A DNA stretch of 64,000 nt. Origin: a virus. Taxonomy: Duplodnaviria > Caudoviricetes. Under the pieces are notes generated by a model. It was not told the origin of the DNA. It was given only the letters and a program-made list of their open reading frames with translations, and made no database searches. A program made the position numbers and the translations under genes. The stretch lies in IMG/VR virus record IMGVR_UViG_3300015050_000935, positions 5,095-69,094 of that record. One strand, written 5' to 3'. Shown in pieces: positions 37,012-45,631 of the stretch. Numbering within the stretch: the stretch's first letter is position 1; each line of letters opens with the position of its first letter.

Positions 37012-37464
37012 CTACTCGTCCACTCCGCAGGCCCTTAAACCCGCAGCAATACCGTCGCTCAATTTGCCGGTCTTGGCGTCCACGAGTTTCTGGAGCCTGT
37101 CCACTTCTAGCGTCAATTCAGTGGCCCGGTTCATTTCGGCGGCGTAGAGCGATTTGTAGTCTGGCCCCTCACTAAGAGCGGAGAGAATGGCGTCCTTGAG
37201 GGCGGCGTGGAGTTTTGCGGCTGTTCTGCCATGAGCGGTGACCGTAATGTCACAGGCGACATTGCGGGCGATGTAAATATAGCCAAGTTTCTCGGCCTTC
37301 TCGATCAGCCCGGCATCCTGATAAGCCTGCTCCCAAGGCTCCAACCGGAGGCCATTCGTTTCGCCCTGTCTTATAAAATCGAAAACATAAGACTCGGGAG
37401 TTAGCGCCAACGCCTCTCTCACCCCCTGTTGGTTGTCGGGGGAATTGTCCATTTTCGCGGTCAC
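37012..37464 (-). CDS. Hypothetical protein
   Basis: Coupled ORF, coiled-coil C-terminus. Confidence 0.55.
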   Translation of the reverse strand: MTAKMDNSPDNQQGVREALALTPESYVFDFIRQGETNGLRLEPWEQAYQDAGLIEKAEKLGYIYIARNVACDITVTAHGRTAAKLHAALKDAILSALSEGPDYKSLYAAEMNRATELTLEVDRLQKLVDAKTGKLSDGIAAGLRACGVDE

Positions 37465-37691
37465 GACTGAATCCCTTCCTGCTTAAAAACATACCCCACG
37501 TCGCGGATGGTTTCGATCCTGCACCCTGCGGGGAGAACATCGCGCAGACGCCGCACAGCATGGGCGGCATCTTTTAGCCCCGTGCGCGTGGCCGGACACG
37601 CGCCCACGAATATGGCGACCTGTTTCGTGGTCACCACCCTACCGTCGGAAATCTTGAATAGGTCCAGCAGTTCCTGGTCGGCGCGGCGCAC
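37461..37691 (-). CDS. Stand-alone OmpR/PhoB-type winged-helix protein
   Basis: GRVVT...AVRRLRDVL...IETIRDVGYVF. Confidence 0.7.
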   Translation of the reverse strand: MRRADQELLDLFKISDGRVVTTKQVAIFVGACPATRTGLKDAAHAVRRLRDVLPAGCRIETIRDVGYVFKQEGIQS

Positions 37692-37694
37692 GGT

Positions 37695-37937
37695 TTACTC
37701 CGCTGGCTTGGCGGGTTCAGCCGGCGCTGCCGGTGGCTTAGGCTGGTTCTGGGCGATGACCTGCGCCTCAAGACGTTGGTACAGGTCCCTGACCTCGGCG
37801 AGGGGCCGCGCGCCCAGCGCGTTGCCGATCACCTGCACATCCTGCGGCGTTACGGTCAGTGTGTACTGCGTCGGCTGCTGGCCGAACGCCGCAGTTGAGA
37901 TAAGAAACAGGGTAATGCAGGATAGGGTCTTGAGCAT
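37695..37937 (-). CDS. Small exported protein
   Basis: Signal peptide MLKTLSCITLFLISTAAFG-QQ. Confidence 0.6.
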   Translation of the reverse strand: MLKTLSCITLFLISTAAFGQQPTQYTLTVTPQDVQVIGNALGARPLAEVRDLYQRLEAQVIAQNQPKPPAAPAEPAKPAE

Positions 37938-38033
37938 TTTCGGTCCTTTTTGGATAGAGGAAATAAAAACCCAGCATCGTAACGGCGATCTGGACGAGCA
38001 GGATACAAAAGGTCCCCTTTAACACCAGAAGCA

Positions 38034-38276
38034 TCAGCAACCCTCCGGCCATTTCGGGATGCGGTCGCGGTCCAGTTCGATCGCCGTGTTGGCGTAGAAG
38101 CATGACAGCAGGAACACCAGCCGGGCCAATAGAGGTGGCACGCGGTCGCTCATTTCGTACCGCTTCATGGTTTTGTAGATATTTCCAGGGTCCCCGCTGT
38201 AGCCGAGGGCGTGGGCGAACGTGACGCGCTCCATCCCCATCCGCTCACGGATTTCCTGCAATTCGGAGCCCTTCAT
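38034..38276 (-). CDS. XRE/Cro-like HTH protein
   Basis: MKGSELQEIRERMGM.RVTFAHALG...MKRYE...VP. Confidence 0.7.
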   Translation of the reverse strand: MKGSELQEIRERMGMERVTFAHALGYSGDPGNIYKTMKRYEMSDRVPPLLARLVFLLSCFYANTAIELDRDRIPKWPEGC

Positions 38277-38461
38277 GCTGCGCGCCCCTCGGCCTTTTCA
38301 ACGATCCGATCGACCATCCGCATGGACTGAGCGAAATTAGCGGCCAGAAACTTGATGACGTCCGGGGTGTCCGGTGCCTTCACCACGAGATAATGCCCGG
38401 CTGGGCGCTCGACCACATGCGCGGTCCACGATCCGATGGTTTCGCGCCTCACGATCTGCAT
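38273..38461 (-). CDS. Hypothetical protein
   Basis: ATG 38461 after GGAGG. Confidence 0.55.
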   Translation of the reverse strand: MQIVRRETIGSWTAHVVERPAGHYLVVKAPDTPDVIKFLAANFAQSMRMVDRIVEKAEGRAA

Positions 38462-38582
38462 GACAGTTCCTCCAGATACCGCGCGATGGCGGACGGGCGC
38501 ACGTTTGGGTTTGCTGCCATGAACGACAGGACCGCGCGACCCTCGTCGCCCTTGTGGATTTTCAGCCAGTGCTGGAGGTCGA

Positions 38583-38957
38583 TCATCGGACCGCTCCGGT
38601 GATAAAATCTTCCTCGGATTCGTAGTGAGGCGCCGACCAGTCCATGTGTGCCTCCAGTTTCTCCGCCAAATCCTCGTCATTGTAGATGCCCGGCCAGCCG
38701 CACTCGTGGCCATCACGCAGAAACATCATGATCGCGCCGGCGCAATGCTGGGTATTGCCGCCGAACATGAACCCGGTGGATTCCCCGTCCGGCAATTCGT
38801 GGTTTACTGCGGACAAATGGCACGGGAATCCGCGACGATATGCGGATTCGGAAATCTCCTCGGCGCGCTCCTTGCAACTGAACGTGATGCGCGTTTCCAG
38901 CGGCGAGAATGGGCAGTTCTTGCACGGCTTCTTGAGCATGTACCCCGGTTCGCTCAC
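38583..38957 (-). CDS. Cys-rich conserved phage protein
   Basis: KPCKNCPF...FPCH...HCAGA. Confidence 0.7.
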   Translation of the reverse strand: MSEPGYMLKKPCKNCPFSPLETRITFSCKERAEEISESAYRRGFPCHLSAVNHELPDGESTGFMFGGNTQHCAGAIMMFLRDGHECGWPGIYNDEDLAEKLEAHMDWSAPHYESEEDFITGAVR

Positions 38958-39202
38958 TTCGCACCGCCAGTCTTTGCAGCGGCAAGGGCGGTGCGTTTGG
39001 CGTCAAGTTCTGCGGGCGTGAAACGCGCCCTCATTTGCGCGACGGCTTCACGTTCCTTTTTGTAGCAATCCGGTCCCACGGTCATGGTGCGATCAGGGCG
39101 CATGAAAACCGAAATCTGGAACCGTCGCGATTTTAGCGGCTTCCCGCACATGTCGCATTTCAGCGCCCGCCCTGCATCTGCTGTGGTCTGTGCTGGGGTC
39201 AT
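38954..39202 (-). CDS. Accessory protein with CxxC...GPDC Zn-finger-like motif (cassette B)
   Basis: ATG 39202 (TGATG overlap); KCDMCGKPL...VGPDC. Confidence 0.65.
   Translation of the reverse strand: MTPAQTTADAGRALKCDMCGKPLKSRRFQISVFMRPDRTMTVGPDCYKKEREAVAQMRARFTPAELDAKRTALAAAKTGGAK
38964..38991. repeat. 28-bp repeat, copy B
   Basis: CCGCCAGTCTTTGCAGCGGCAAGGGCGG. Confidence 0.9.
39164..39202. repeat. 39-bp repeat, copy B
   Basis: CGCCCGCCCTGCATCTGCTGTGGTCTGTGCTGGGGTCAT. Confidence 0.9.
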
Positions 39203-39441
39203 CACGCCTTCTCCGGGCTGGAGCGAAACTGCATATTGCACGAGTCCCATAAATCGGTTTCGCCGGTCACAACGATATGTTGAGTATCGCGGGATATGTA
39301 GACGTGCCGCTTTGCGGCGTCCCAGCCGGTAACCACGAATTCCTCTTTCCCGTTACGCTTGAAGGCATGGCCCCGACTAACCACCCAGAAATCACCCGCC
39401 TGCGTCGCCGCGAAATAAAACAGTTTCTTTCCCTTGGCCAT
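39202..39441 (-). CDS. Hypothetical protein
   Basis: Coupled ORF. Confidence 0.55.
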   Translation of the reverse strand: MAKGKKLFYFAATQAGDFWVVSRGHAFKRNGKEEFVVTGWDAAKRHVYISRDTQHIVVTGETDLWDSCNMQFRSSPEKA

Positions 39442-39854
39442 CAGTCCGCTCCATACTGTTCAAGGCCATCGGCCAGCATGTCCGACATGGGCGTGTAAGT
39501 CTGCAAATCCGGCAAGCCCAACTCCGCGCGACGGCGGTGGTGCATCATCTGTGCCGTGTCCATGTAAAACTTGATGGAGTCGCGCAGGTACGAGGGCGGA
39601 TAATTGGCCGAACCGAATTCCCGCATGGCCCGGATGGCCGCGATCTTGCGCACCGCGATCATGTCGATGTCGCCGGTTTCCTGATTAACGAGGTGGTGCG
39701 GGCCGTAGGAAATCAAGTCACCGACCGGCAGATGGCACACCTCGCCAGCCGCGTTGCGCACGGTGGTGACGGAGCCGTTGCATTCGATCACGTCGAACGC
39801 CTCGCCGCCGTACTTGAGGAAAACATTTTGCTGCGGGTAGAATTTGTTGGCCAT
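39441..39854 (-). CDS. Hypothetical early protein
   Basis: GGAGA RBS; first gene after promoter module 3. Confidence 0.65.
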   Translation of the reverse strand: MANKFYPQQNVFLKYGGEAFDVIECNGSVTTVRNAAGEVCHLPVGDLISYGPHHLVNQETGDIDMIAVRKIAAIRAMREFGSANYPPSYLRDSIKFYMDTAQMMHHRRRAELGLPDLQTYTPMSDMLADGLEQYGAD

Positions 39855-39905
39855 TTCAGTCTCCGGGTTCGGGTGGGGCTCAGTGCCCCGTTGGCTTCGA
39901 TTTTC

Positions 39906-39945
39906 ACAATACAGCCCAGGATATGGGTGTCAAACGGTATTTGAC
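39906..39945 (-). promoter_or_regulatory. Early promoter/operator module, copy 3
   Basis: Operator GTCAAAC-GGT-ATTTGAC (39929-39945) over TTGACA-N16-TATTGT; leader hairpin GGGGC-ACTGA-GCCCC-ACCC. Confidence 0.75.
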
Positions 39946-41219
39946 GCTATTTCCTTTTCCGCGTCGAGGATCGCCCCGAGGACTTCCGCGGCAAGCTGCG
40001 GAACGATTGAATTGCCCGCAAGGCGCCAAAGATCAATTCTTCCGGCCATCCCATTAACGAGCATGCGAATACCGGGTTCGGCGCGCCGCGCTTTTCCGTC
40101 GTGACACTTGATCCATTGCCACCCGCTCCAATACGTCCCGTTGCGACCATTTGGCGTGGTAACTGGTCGATGCGCTGGCGGTGCTTCTCCAGCCCCGGAA
40201 TCGCGATCTGGTCCCCGTCCACCTGCTCGCCCTCGGTCGCCATCCCCTCCGAATCCTTGTAGTCCCGCGCCGACGGGGCCACCCACATCGAAGTCTCCGC
40301 GCCACGCAGTTGCGTCCCCAGCCCGTCCCCGGCTTTCTCCGAAATCCCCGCCCGGTTGTTGTTCCCGTGGACCGTCGGCGTCGCCCAAAAAATCCTGTCC
40401 GCGTTCGCGTAAATCTGGGCTGGCAGCGGCTCCCCGCCGCCCGAGAATTCCTGTTTCGGTGCGCCCTTCTCTCCGTCGCTCGCCCGAGGCGTGGACCACT
40501 GCGCCTTGCGAATCAGAGAGCCCATCAGCGGCTCGTCCTTGCGGTCCCCGCTCCGCGAAGTCTCCCCGGCTGCGCTCGCCTTCACCGCCGGCCAGTAGAC
40601 CGTCCCCGCCATGACCGTTTGCAGCGATGGCCCCGTGTCGCTCCGCTCCAGTTTGGCGAAGTCCGGCCCCGCCGCCGACGATTTCGGCGCTGGCCACACC
40701 GCCTCCGATCGCAGCCCACCAGAGTCGGTTCCGTTGCTGTGGAGAGTCGACGGCGCAAGCCGCGACGTCAACTGTCCGAGCGGGGATGCCTTCTCGCGCC
40801 AGATCAGTGCGGACTCCGTCGAACCAATGGTAGCCAGCCGACTGCGCAACTTGCTCTCCCACAAGCACAGGAATTCGCTGTCCTGCTGCGCGGGCGGTAC
40901 GGATGATCCGATATAAGTCCGGCCACAGATGCCTTGGATCATCGGCACCTCCTTGTTTCCCCGCGCCCGACCACGGCTGGCAGGGGCAACTGGCTGTCCA
41001 AATAGGTCGGGTGTCGGGCCAGCCTGCCATTCGGGCTGCGATGCTCCAGAGGCCAGCCCCGGCGAACCAGTGGCATTGCGTGTACCCTTTGACGTCATCG
41101 GCGGTCACTTCCTTGATGGAACGCGAATCAACATGGCCGGGGGCAATTACGCCCTCGGCTATCATGGCCCGCAGCACGGCTGCGGCGACTGGATCAAATT
41201 CGCTATAATAGGCGGTCAA
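39930..41219 (-). CDS. C5-cytosine DNA methyltransferase, catalytic (alpha) chain
   Basis: FAGAG (motif I), SCPCQPWS (IV), EQV (VI), PQQRNRLW (VIII), AGNSIVPQLA (X). Confidence 0.85.
   Translation of the reverse strand: MTAYYSEFDPVAAAVLRAMIAEGVIAPGHVDSRSIKEVTADDVKGYTQCHWFAGAGLWSIAARMAGWPDTRPIWTASCPCQPWSGAGKQGGADDPRHLWPDLYRIIRTARAAGQRIPVLVGEQVAQSAGYHWFDGVRTDLAREGIPARTVDVAACAVDSPQQRNRLWWAAIGGGVASAEIVGGGAGLRQTGAERHGAIAANGHGGDGLLAGGEGERSRGDFAERGPQGRAADGLSDSQGAVVHASGERRREGRTETGILGRRGAAASPDLRERGQDFLGDADGPREQQPGGDFGESRGRAGDATAWRGDFDVGGPVGAGLQGFGGDGDRGRAGGRGPDRDSGAGEAPPAHRPVTTPNGRNGTYWSGWQWIKCHDGKARRAEPGIRMLVNGMAGRIDLWRLAGNSIVPQLAAEVLGAILDAEKEIASNTV
39947..40942 (-). CDS. Nested alternative-frame methyltransferase partner (beta chain carrying a motif IX-like segment)
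   Basis: AAGGAGGT 4 nt before ATG 40942 inside the alpha gene; five W-x-[A/T]-[P/V] units; PNPVFACSLMGWPEE. Confidence 0.65.
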   Translation of the reverse strand: MIQGICGRTYIGSSVPPAQQDSEFLCLWESKLRSRLATIGSTESALIWREKASPLGQLTSRLAPSTLHSNGTDSGGLRSEAVWPAPKSSAAGPDFAKLERSDTGPSLQTVMAGTVYWPAVKASAAGETSRSGDRKDEPLMGSLIRKAQWSTPRASDGEKGAPKQEFSGGGEPLPAQIYANADRIFWATPTVHGNNNRAGISEKAGDGLGTQLRGAETSMWVAPSARDYKDSEGMATEGEQVDGDQIAIPGLEKHRQRIDQLPRQMVATGRIGAGGNGSSVTTEKRGAPNPVFACSLMGWPEELIFGALRAIQSFRSLPRKSSGRSSTRKRK

Positions 41220-41404
41220 GCCGTACCCCAGTAAAATTCGGCGAGGGCCAACATGGCCTCTTTGCTGTCCACCAGCAACCGATAGCGAGAATTGCCGCCA
41301 GCAGGGCCAAACGGCTCAAGGCCCTGCACCTCAATCTGCTGTTGGCACAGCATTTCATTGAAATTCCCCACGTTCTCGTGGGGCATATCGACCGTGACCA
41401 GCAT
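41216..41404 (-). CDS. Hypothetical protein
   Basis: AGGAG RBS, coupled. Confidence 0.55.
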   Translation of the reverse strand: MLVTVDMPHENVGNFNEMLCQQQIEVQGLEPFGPAGGNSRYRLLVDSKEAMLALAEFYWGTA

Positions 41405-41758
41405 CTACTCCTCCGCCGTCGCTTCTGCGAACGCCACAAGGTATCCTTGGCACAGGTCGCGCAATTCGGAATCTGTCATCGACGGGCTGTCCGCCTGCGG
41501 GCGATAGCCCACCGTTTCCTCGTACCAATCGTTCATGGCGTCGGCGGAGACGTCGGCGAACGAAACCCGGTCCTCGGCCATCTTGGCCAGACATTCCGCA
41601 TGGGACCGTCGCGCACACGATTCGTCATCAATGCGTCGCCAGCCATCAGCGTACACCGGACGCCACACGTCGTTGATCTTCTGGCGGGTAATCACGATCC
41701 ACTCCTGACCGTCGGCGAACTTCACCGTCTGCCCAGTCGCGCTCATGGAGGCGTTCAT
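41405..41758 (-). CDS. Hypothetical protein
   Basis: Start 41758 or 41746; WYEETVGYRP motif. Confidence 0.55.
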   Translation of the reverse strand: MNASMSATGQTVKFADGQEWIVITRQKINDVWRPVYADGWRRIDDESCARRSHAECLAKMAEDRVSFADVSADAMNDWYEETVGYRPQADSPSMTDSELRDLCQGYLVAFAEATAEE

Positions 41759-41925
41759 GGCTTCACCGTCGGCGCTAGGGTGTAACTGTCGCCTTCGCGC
41801 AGTGGACGTATGACGGCGTGAATTTTCTCGAAAATCGGCATCGCCAGCGGGTTCTCGTTGCACTCATGCTCGGTTTCGAGCAGGCGCGCGAGATATAACA
41901 ATTCCTCATTGTTGAACGTGCTCAT
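41755..41925 (-). CDS. Hypothetical protein, 56 aa
   Basis: Manual translation MSTFNNEELLYLARLLE...; ATGA overlaps at both ends. Confidence 0.5.
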   Translation of the reverse strand: MSTFNNEELLYLARLLETEHECNENPLAMPIFEKIHAVIRPLREGDSYTLAPTVKP

Positions 41926-42233
41926 GACCCCACCGCCGCGCTGCGCTCGAACCTGCGCTTTTCGATGAAGGCCAGCACCTCGTTCCAGTCGTCGGTGTCG
42001 AAACCTTCCATGCCGACCTCTACGCCAGCCTCCTGATTCGAGACGGTGAACCGCTTGGTGTCGGGGAATTCCCGGCTCTCGGTGTCGGTGTAGTCGATGA
42101 AGATTTGCAGCCCGAGCGCATCACTAACGATGCAGGGGCAGGCGTCGTTCCGCCAAGACACATCCTCGAAACCGTCGGGGATGGCAGGGAAATCAGCGGC
42201 GGGGAAATCTGGGAATTCGGTCTGGAATGTCAT
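41922..42233 (-). CDS. Conserved small phage protein
   Basis: FPDF...GFEDVSWRNDACP. Confidence 0.65.
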   Translation of the reverse strand: MTFQTEFPDFPAADFPAIPDGFEDVSWRNDACPCIVSDALGLQIFIDYTDTESREFPDTKRFTVSNQEAGVEVGMEGFDTDDWNEVLAFIEKRRFERSAAVGS

Positions 42234-42236
42234 GGC

Positions 42237-42692
42237 TCACACCTCCTCGGTCTTGAGCCAATGATGCAACTGGCGCACACGCTGGTCCGTGGTGGCCGCG
42301 CTCCAGTCGAACCCGCTGAACACCATGGACGCCACGCCGCCATCGCTGACGTTGGCGATGTTCATGAGCGGCAACAGGGCTGCGTCCAGATCATCCACGA
42401 GCGCAGCGGCTTCCACGTCGCTGTCTTTGACGCAGGCCACGTTCACATCGCAGTAGCCCTCAGAGCAGGCAAACTCGTAAAGGCCACGCTCCAGCGATTC
42501 CAGATCATCGCTAACCGTTTCTTCCCGGCCAACGAGAAGGCTGTAAAACCCGGGCTTCTGCGTGAAGTCCATCAGAAATAGCACGCCGAGGTATGTCAGG
42601 CCGCTGACGCCCTGCATGGATTCGTCCGAGGTCGGGACGCCGAGGTCGGCGCACACGGTCTTGGTGGCTTGGAACTGCTGGAAATTCATCAT
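42237..42692 (-). CDS. Hypothetical early protein
   Basis: ATG 42692 after GGGAGA; first gene after promoter module 2. Confidence 0.65.
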   Translation of the reverse strand: MMNFQQFQATKTVCADLGVPTSDESMQGVSGLTYLGVLFLMDFTQKPGFYSLLVGREETVSDDLESLERGLYEFACSEGYCDVNVACVKDSDVEAAALVDDLDAALLPLMNIANVSDGGVASMVFSGFDWSAATTDQRVRQLHHWLKTEEV

Positions 42693-42739
42693 GTCGTTCT
42701 CCCGTTGGGGTGGGGCGCTGTGCCCCGGTTGACGCCCCG

Positions 42740-42780
42740 TATATGGCACGGCCCTGCCGATGTGTCAAACGCTGTTTTAC
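42740..42780 (-). promoter_or_regulatory. Early promoter/operator module, copy 2
   Basis: Operator GTCAAAC-GCT-GTTTTAC (42764-42780) over TTGACA-N17-CATATA; leader GGGGC-ACAGC-GCCCC-ACCC. Confidence 0.75.
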
Positions 42781-42781
42781 A

Positions 42782-43300
42782 CTACAGCAGATCGGGCGGG
42801 ACCAGACAGCCGCGCATTCCAGGTGCCGGGCCGTGCTCCGGCTTCCACTGGTGCGTCCGCTTATAGGCCCGCATGATCGCCTCCCATGTCGCGTGATCGA
42901 ACGCAGCAGGCCCCACAGTGGGCTTGGGGCCGTCCGTGGGAGGCAGCGGGGTGCGCCCCAGCCGTTTCGCCGTCCTGATGATCCAATTACGCCAGGTGGC
43001 CTCCCAGTCCAGTTTAACGGCGCTCTGGGAGGAGTTCGCCAGCCAGTAGTTCTTGAACTGCTCGGCCTCGCTGCGCACCTCGGCCTCACGCAGGCCCTGC
43101 TGGAGGCCATATTGGCCCCAAGTGCTCGGCAGCACCCAGTTCGGCGCCAACCGGGTCCCGCGCACCGCGCGATCCGCCGAATCGCCCTTCTTGGGCGGCT
43201 TCACCTTGGCCTCCTCGATTATCTCCAGCACCTTGTCGAAAATATCGTCCGTCAAATTCAGCGCGCGCAGCTTTCTGATGGTCGCCGTCGTCAAAGTCAT
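42782..43300 (-). CDS. Replication initiator/helicase-loader-like protein
   Basis: EAEQFKNYW...KLDWEATWRNWI motif; directly after dnaB. Confidence 0.65.
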   Translation of the reverse strand: MTLTTATIRKLRALNLTDDIFDKVLEIIEEAKVKPPKKGDSADRAVRGTRLAPNWVLPSTWGQYGLQQGLREAEVRSEAEQFKNYWLANSSQSAVKLDWEATWRNWIIRTAKRLGRTPLPPTDGPKPTVGPAAFDHATWEAIMRAYKRTHQWKPEHGPAPGMRGCLVPPDLL

Positions 43301-44676
43301 ACGAAATCTCCTCTCCAGTTTCTGATCGCGTTACAGCCGATGTCGCACAGCAGTTTAACCGATGCGGTGGGACCGGAACGCTGCTTGGCAATTTCCGCAT
43401 CCAGCCGATATGCGCAGTCCTCCATTTCCTTTTCCCAGATCAGGAATTCCGCGCTGCCCGCCGGCGGCTCCTTGCGCGCGAGGTAGTACGACTCGCGGTA
43501 CAGCAGGATCACGGTGTCGGCGTCCTGCTCGATGTCGCCGGAGTTGCGCAGGTCCGACAGTGCCGGGCGCTTGTCCTCGCGCGCATCGACGCCGCGGACG
43601 ATCTGGGCGAGCGCGAATATCGGGATGTCCAGTTCCTTGGCGAGGGCCTTGAGGCCGCCGGTGATTTCGCCCGTCTCGTTGACCTTGTTGCCTGCATACC
43701 GGCCTGACGCCTTCATGAGGCCGATGTGGTCCACGAACAGCGCGTCCAACCCGCCTCGGGACTTCATCTGCCGCGCACGGGTGCCAAGCTGGGCCAACGT
43801 CAACTGCGGCTGCTGCTCGATGCGGATGGGGAGGGTCGCGAGATATTCCCCGGCATCCCTGATTCGCTCGAATTCCTTTTCGCGGAATCGTCCCGACCGC
43901 AGGAGCGAATAGAACATCCGGCCCTCGTCATACATTTGGTCGGTTATCATCCGCTGGGTCAGTTCAACGTCCACCATTTCGGCGCTGTAAAACAGCACCT
44001 TGTGGCCAGCAATCCCGAGGTTGCGCGCGATGCAGACCGCGAGCGCGGTTTTCCCCATTCCAGGGCGACCGGCCAGCACGATCAGATTGCCGCGCTGCGC
44101 GCCGAGGGTTTTCTGGTCGATTTCGGACAGGCCATAAGACAGGCCGACCATCTTCCCCTCGTTTTGGTAGGCCGACGCCGCCGCGTCGATGGCGCCGATG
44201 ACGGACTGCGCCATGGTCACCGCGCGCCAGCCGTGGCTCACGTTCGCAGCGATCACCTCGTCCATCCGCTCGACCACGAACGCGGCCAGTTCGGCGGCGC
44301 TCCCCTCGGGCCTCGGGGCCATTTCCAACGCCGTCTCGCCGATGATTCGCTTGTCATACAGTTCGCGCACGATCTTGGCGAAGTGCGGGGCCTGCGTGAT
44401 CGACACCGAGGCCGCCGCCAGCCGCGCGATGTACTCGCGCAACTTAACGCCGCCCAAGTCGATGTCCTCGGGGATGAACGGCTTGATGGTCTGCGGCGTG
44501 GCGAGTTTCCCCAAGGTGATAAGGTCCACGCAGGTCTGCCAGATCACCTTGTGGATGGGCTCATAGAAATGGTCCGTGTTCACGATTTCGGATACCACCC
44601 CGAACACGGCGTTCTGCATCAATACCGCGCCGAGCAACGCCTGCTCGGTTTCAATGTCATGAGGGTGCCACGTCAT
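43297..44676 (-). CDS. dnaB: DnaB-like replicative helicase
   Basis: IETEQALLGA, LAGRPGMGKT, FVDHIGL, ALAQIVR, RPALSDLRNSGDIEQDAD, AKQRSGP. Confidence 0.95.
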   Translation of the reverse strand: MTWHPHDIETEQALLGAVLMQNAVFGVVSEIVNTDHFYEPIHKVIWQTCVDLITLGKLATPQTIKPFIPEDIDLGGVKLREYIARLAAASVSITQAPHFAKIVRELYDKRIIGETALEMAPRPEGSAAELAAFVVERMDEVIAANVSHGWRAVTMAQSVIGAIDAAASAYQNEGKMVGLSYGLSEIDQKTLGAQRGNLIVLAGRPGMGKTALAVCIARNLGIAGHKVLFYSAEMVDVELTQRMITDQMYDEGRMFYSLLRSGRFREKEFERIRDAGEYLATLPIRIEQQPQLTLAQLGTRARQMKSRGGLDALFVDHIGLMKASGRYAGNKVNETGEITGGLKALAKELDIPIFALAQIVRGVDAREDKRPALSDLRNSGDIEQDADTVILLYRESYYLARKEPPAGSAEFLIWEKEMEDCAYRLDAEIAKQRSGPTASVKLLCDIGCNAIRNWRGDFV

Positions 44677-45392
44677 ACCGGGAACTGCCTCACCATCAGT
44701 TCAGACGGCACAGGCTTTTTCCCGGCCATTTGCTTCATGAAGAACGCCACGGCTGCGTCGTCGCACTGCTCCATGATGTTCTCGGCCCACGCCTGTGGCA
44801 TGTCGCGATGTCCGGTGCCGGATTCGCCGCCGCAGATCAGCCAGTCCGGTGTGCTTTTGAACCCGAGGATGGAAAGCGGCCCCAACGCCGGTTCATAACT
44901 GACGAACCTCACACGCGCGGGAATTGTCGCCAGCACAGCCCACCGGCGGTCATAGTGCTGCTGATCCTCGCAGGTGGTGCCGAGCCAGACGTGCCCCGGT
45001 AATTTCCAGCCCGCAATCATCTTGATGATATTTTCCGGGCGCTTCGTCAGCAGCAACCAGTCCAGTTCTGGTGTCGCGTCGATCAACGCGAAAAGGTCCG
45101 CCCGCGCCCCGTCCGGGGCTTGGTTGTCAAACACGTCGGCCAGCGACGCACAGAACACGCGAGGACGGATGCCAGTCTCACGGGCTTCGCGAGCCCATTT
45201 GAGCGGCTGTTTCCAGTATGCCGGCGAGGTCCGCTTGCGCGGCGCGTGCGGCCCCCACCCCCCACCGTTCCATTTCCAGTGATTGTTCTGCGTCTCCGCA
45301 TAGCAGTGATCGCATCCCGGCGAGACTTTCTGGCACCCGATCCACGGATTGAACGTGTGCGTGGTCCACTCGATCAGAGATTTTTCACCCAT
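44673..45392 (-). CDS. DUF5131 (phage Gp37/Gp68) radical-SAM-like protein
   Basis: IEWTTHTFNPWIGCQKVSPGCDHCYA...LLTKRP...ICGGESG...FFMKQ. Confidence 0.9.
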   Translation of the reverse strand: MGEKSLIEWTTHTFNPWIGCQKVSPGCDHCYAETQNNHWKWNGGGWGPHAPRKRTSPAYWKQPLKWAREARETGIRPRVFCASLADVFDNQAPDGARADLFALIDATPELDWLLLTKRPENIIKMIAGWKLPGHVWLGTTCEDQQHYDRRWAVLATIPARVRFVSYEPALGPLSILGFKSTPDWLICGGESGTGHRDMPQAWAENIMEQCDDAAVAFFMKQMAGKKPVPSELMVRQFPV

Positions 45393-45631
45393 TATCGTTT
45401 TACCTTCATGATCTTCCCACCACGTCGTTCCAGCCCAAGCCCGAACCGCAGGGCGAGGTCATTCTGCATTTCAAGGTCGTTCGACAGTTTTGCGATGTTG
45501 CCACCTCGCCGCGCGGTGCTTTTCTGGAGCATTTCGGACTCCAGAGCGGCCAGAAAATAATTGACTCGGAGAGCGAGTGCGCGCAGATGATTTCGCAACT
45601 CACGTTCCGCCTTTGTTGATTTTTCAGCCAC
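45392..45631 (-). CDS. Hypothetical protein
   Basis: GTG 45631 after GGAGG. Confidence 0.55.
   Translation of the reverse strand: MAEKSTKAERELRNHLRALALRVNYFLAALESEMLQKSTARRGGNIAKLSNDLEMQNDLALRFGLGLERRGGKIMKVKR

Noticed and set aside
39947-41098. Start of the nested methylase frame at 41098
   Set aside because: The internal ATG at 40942 has a perfect Shine-Dalgarno; the longer start has none.
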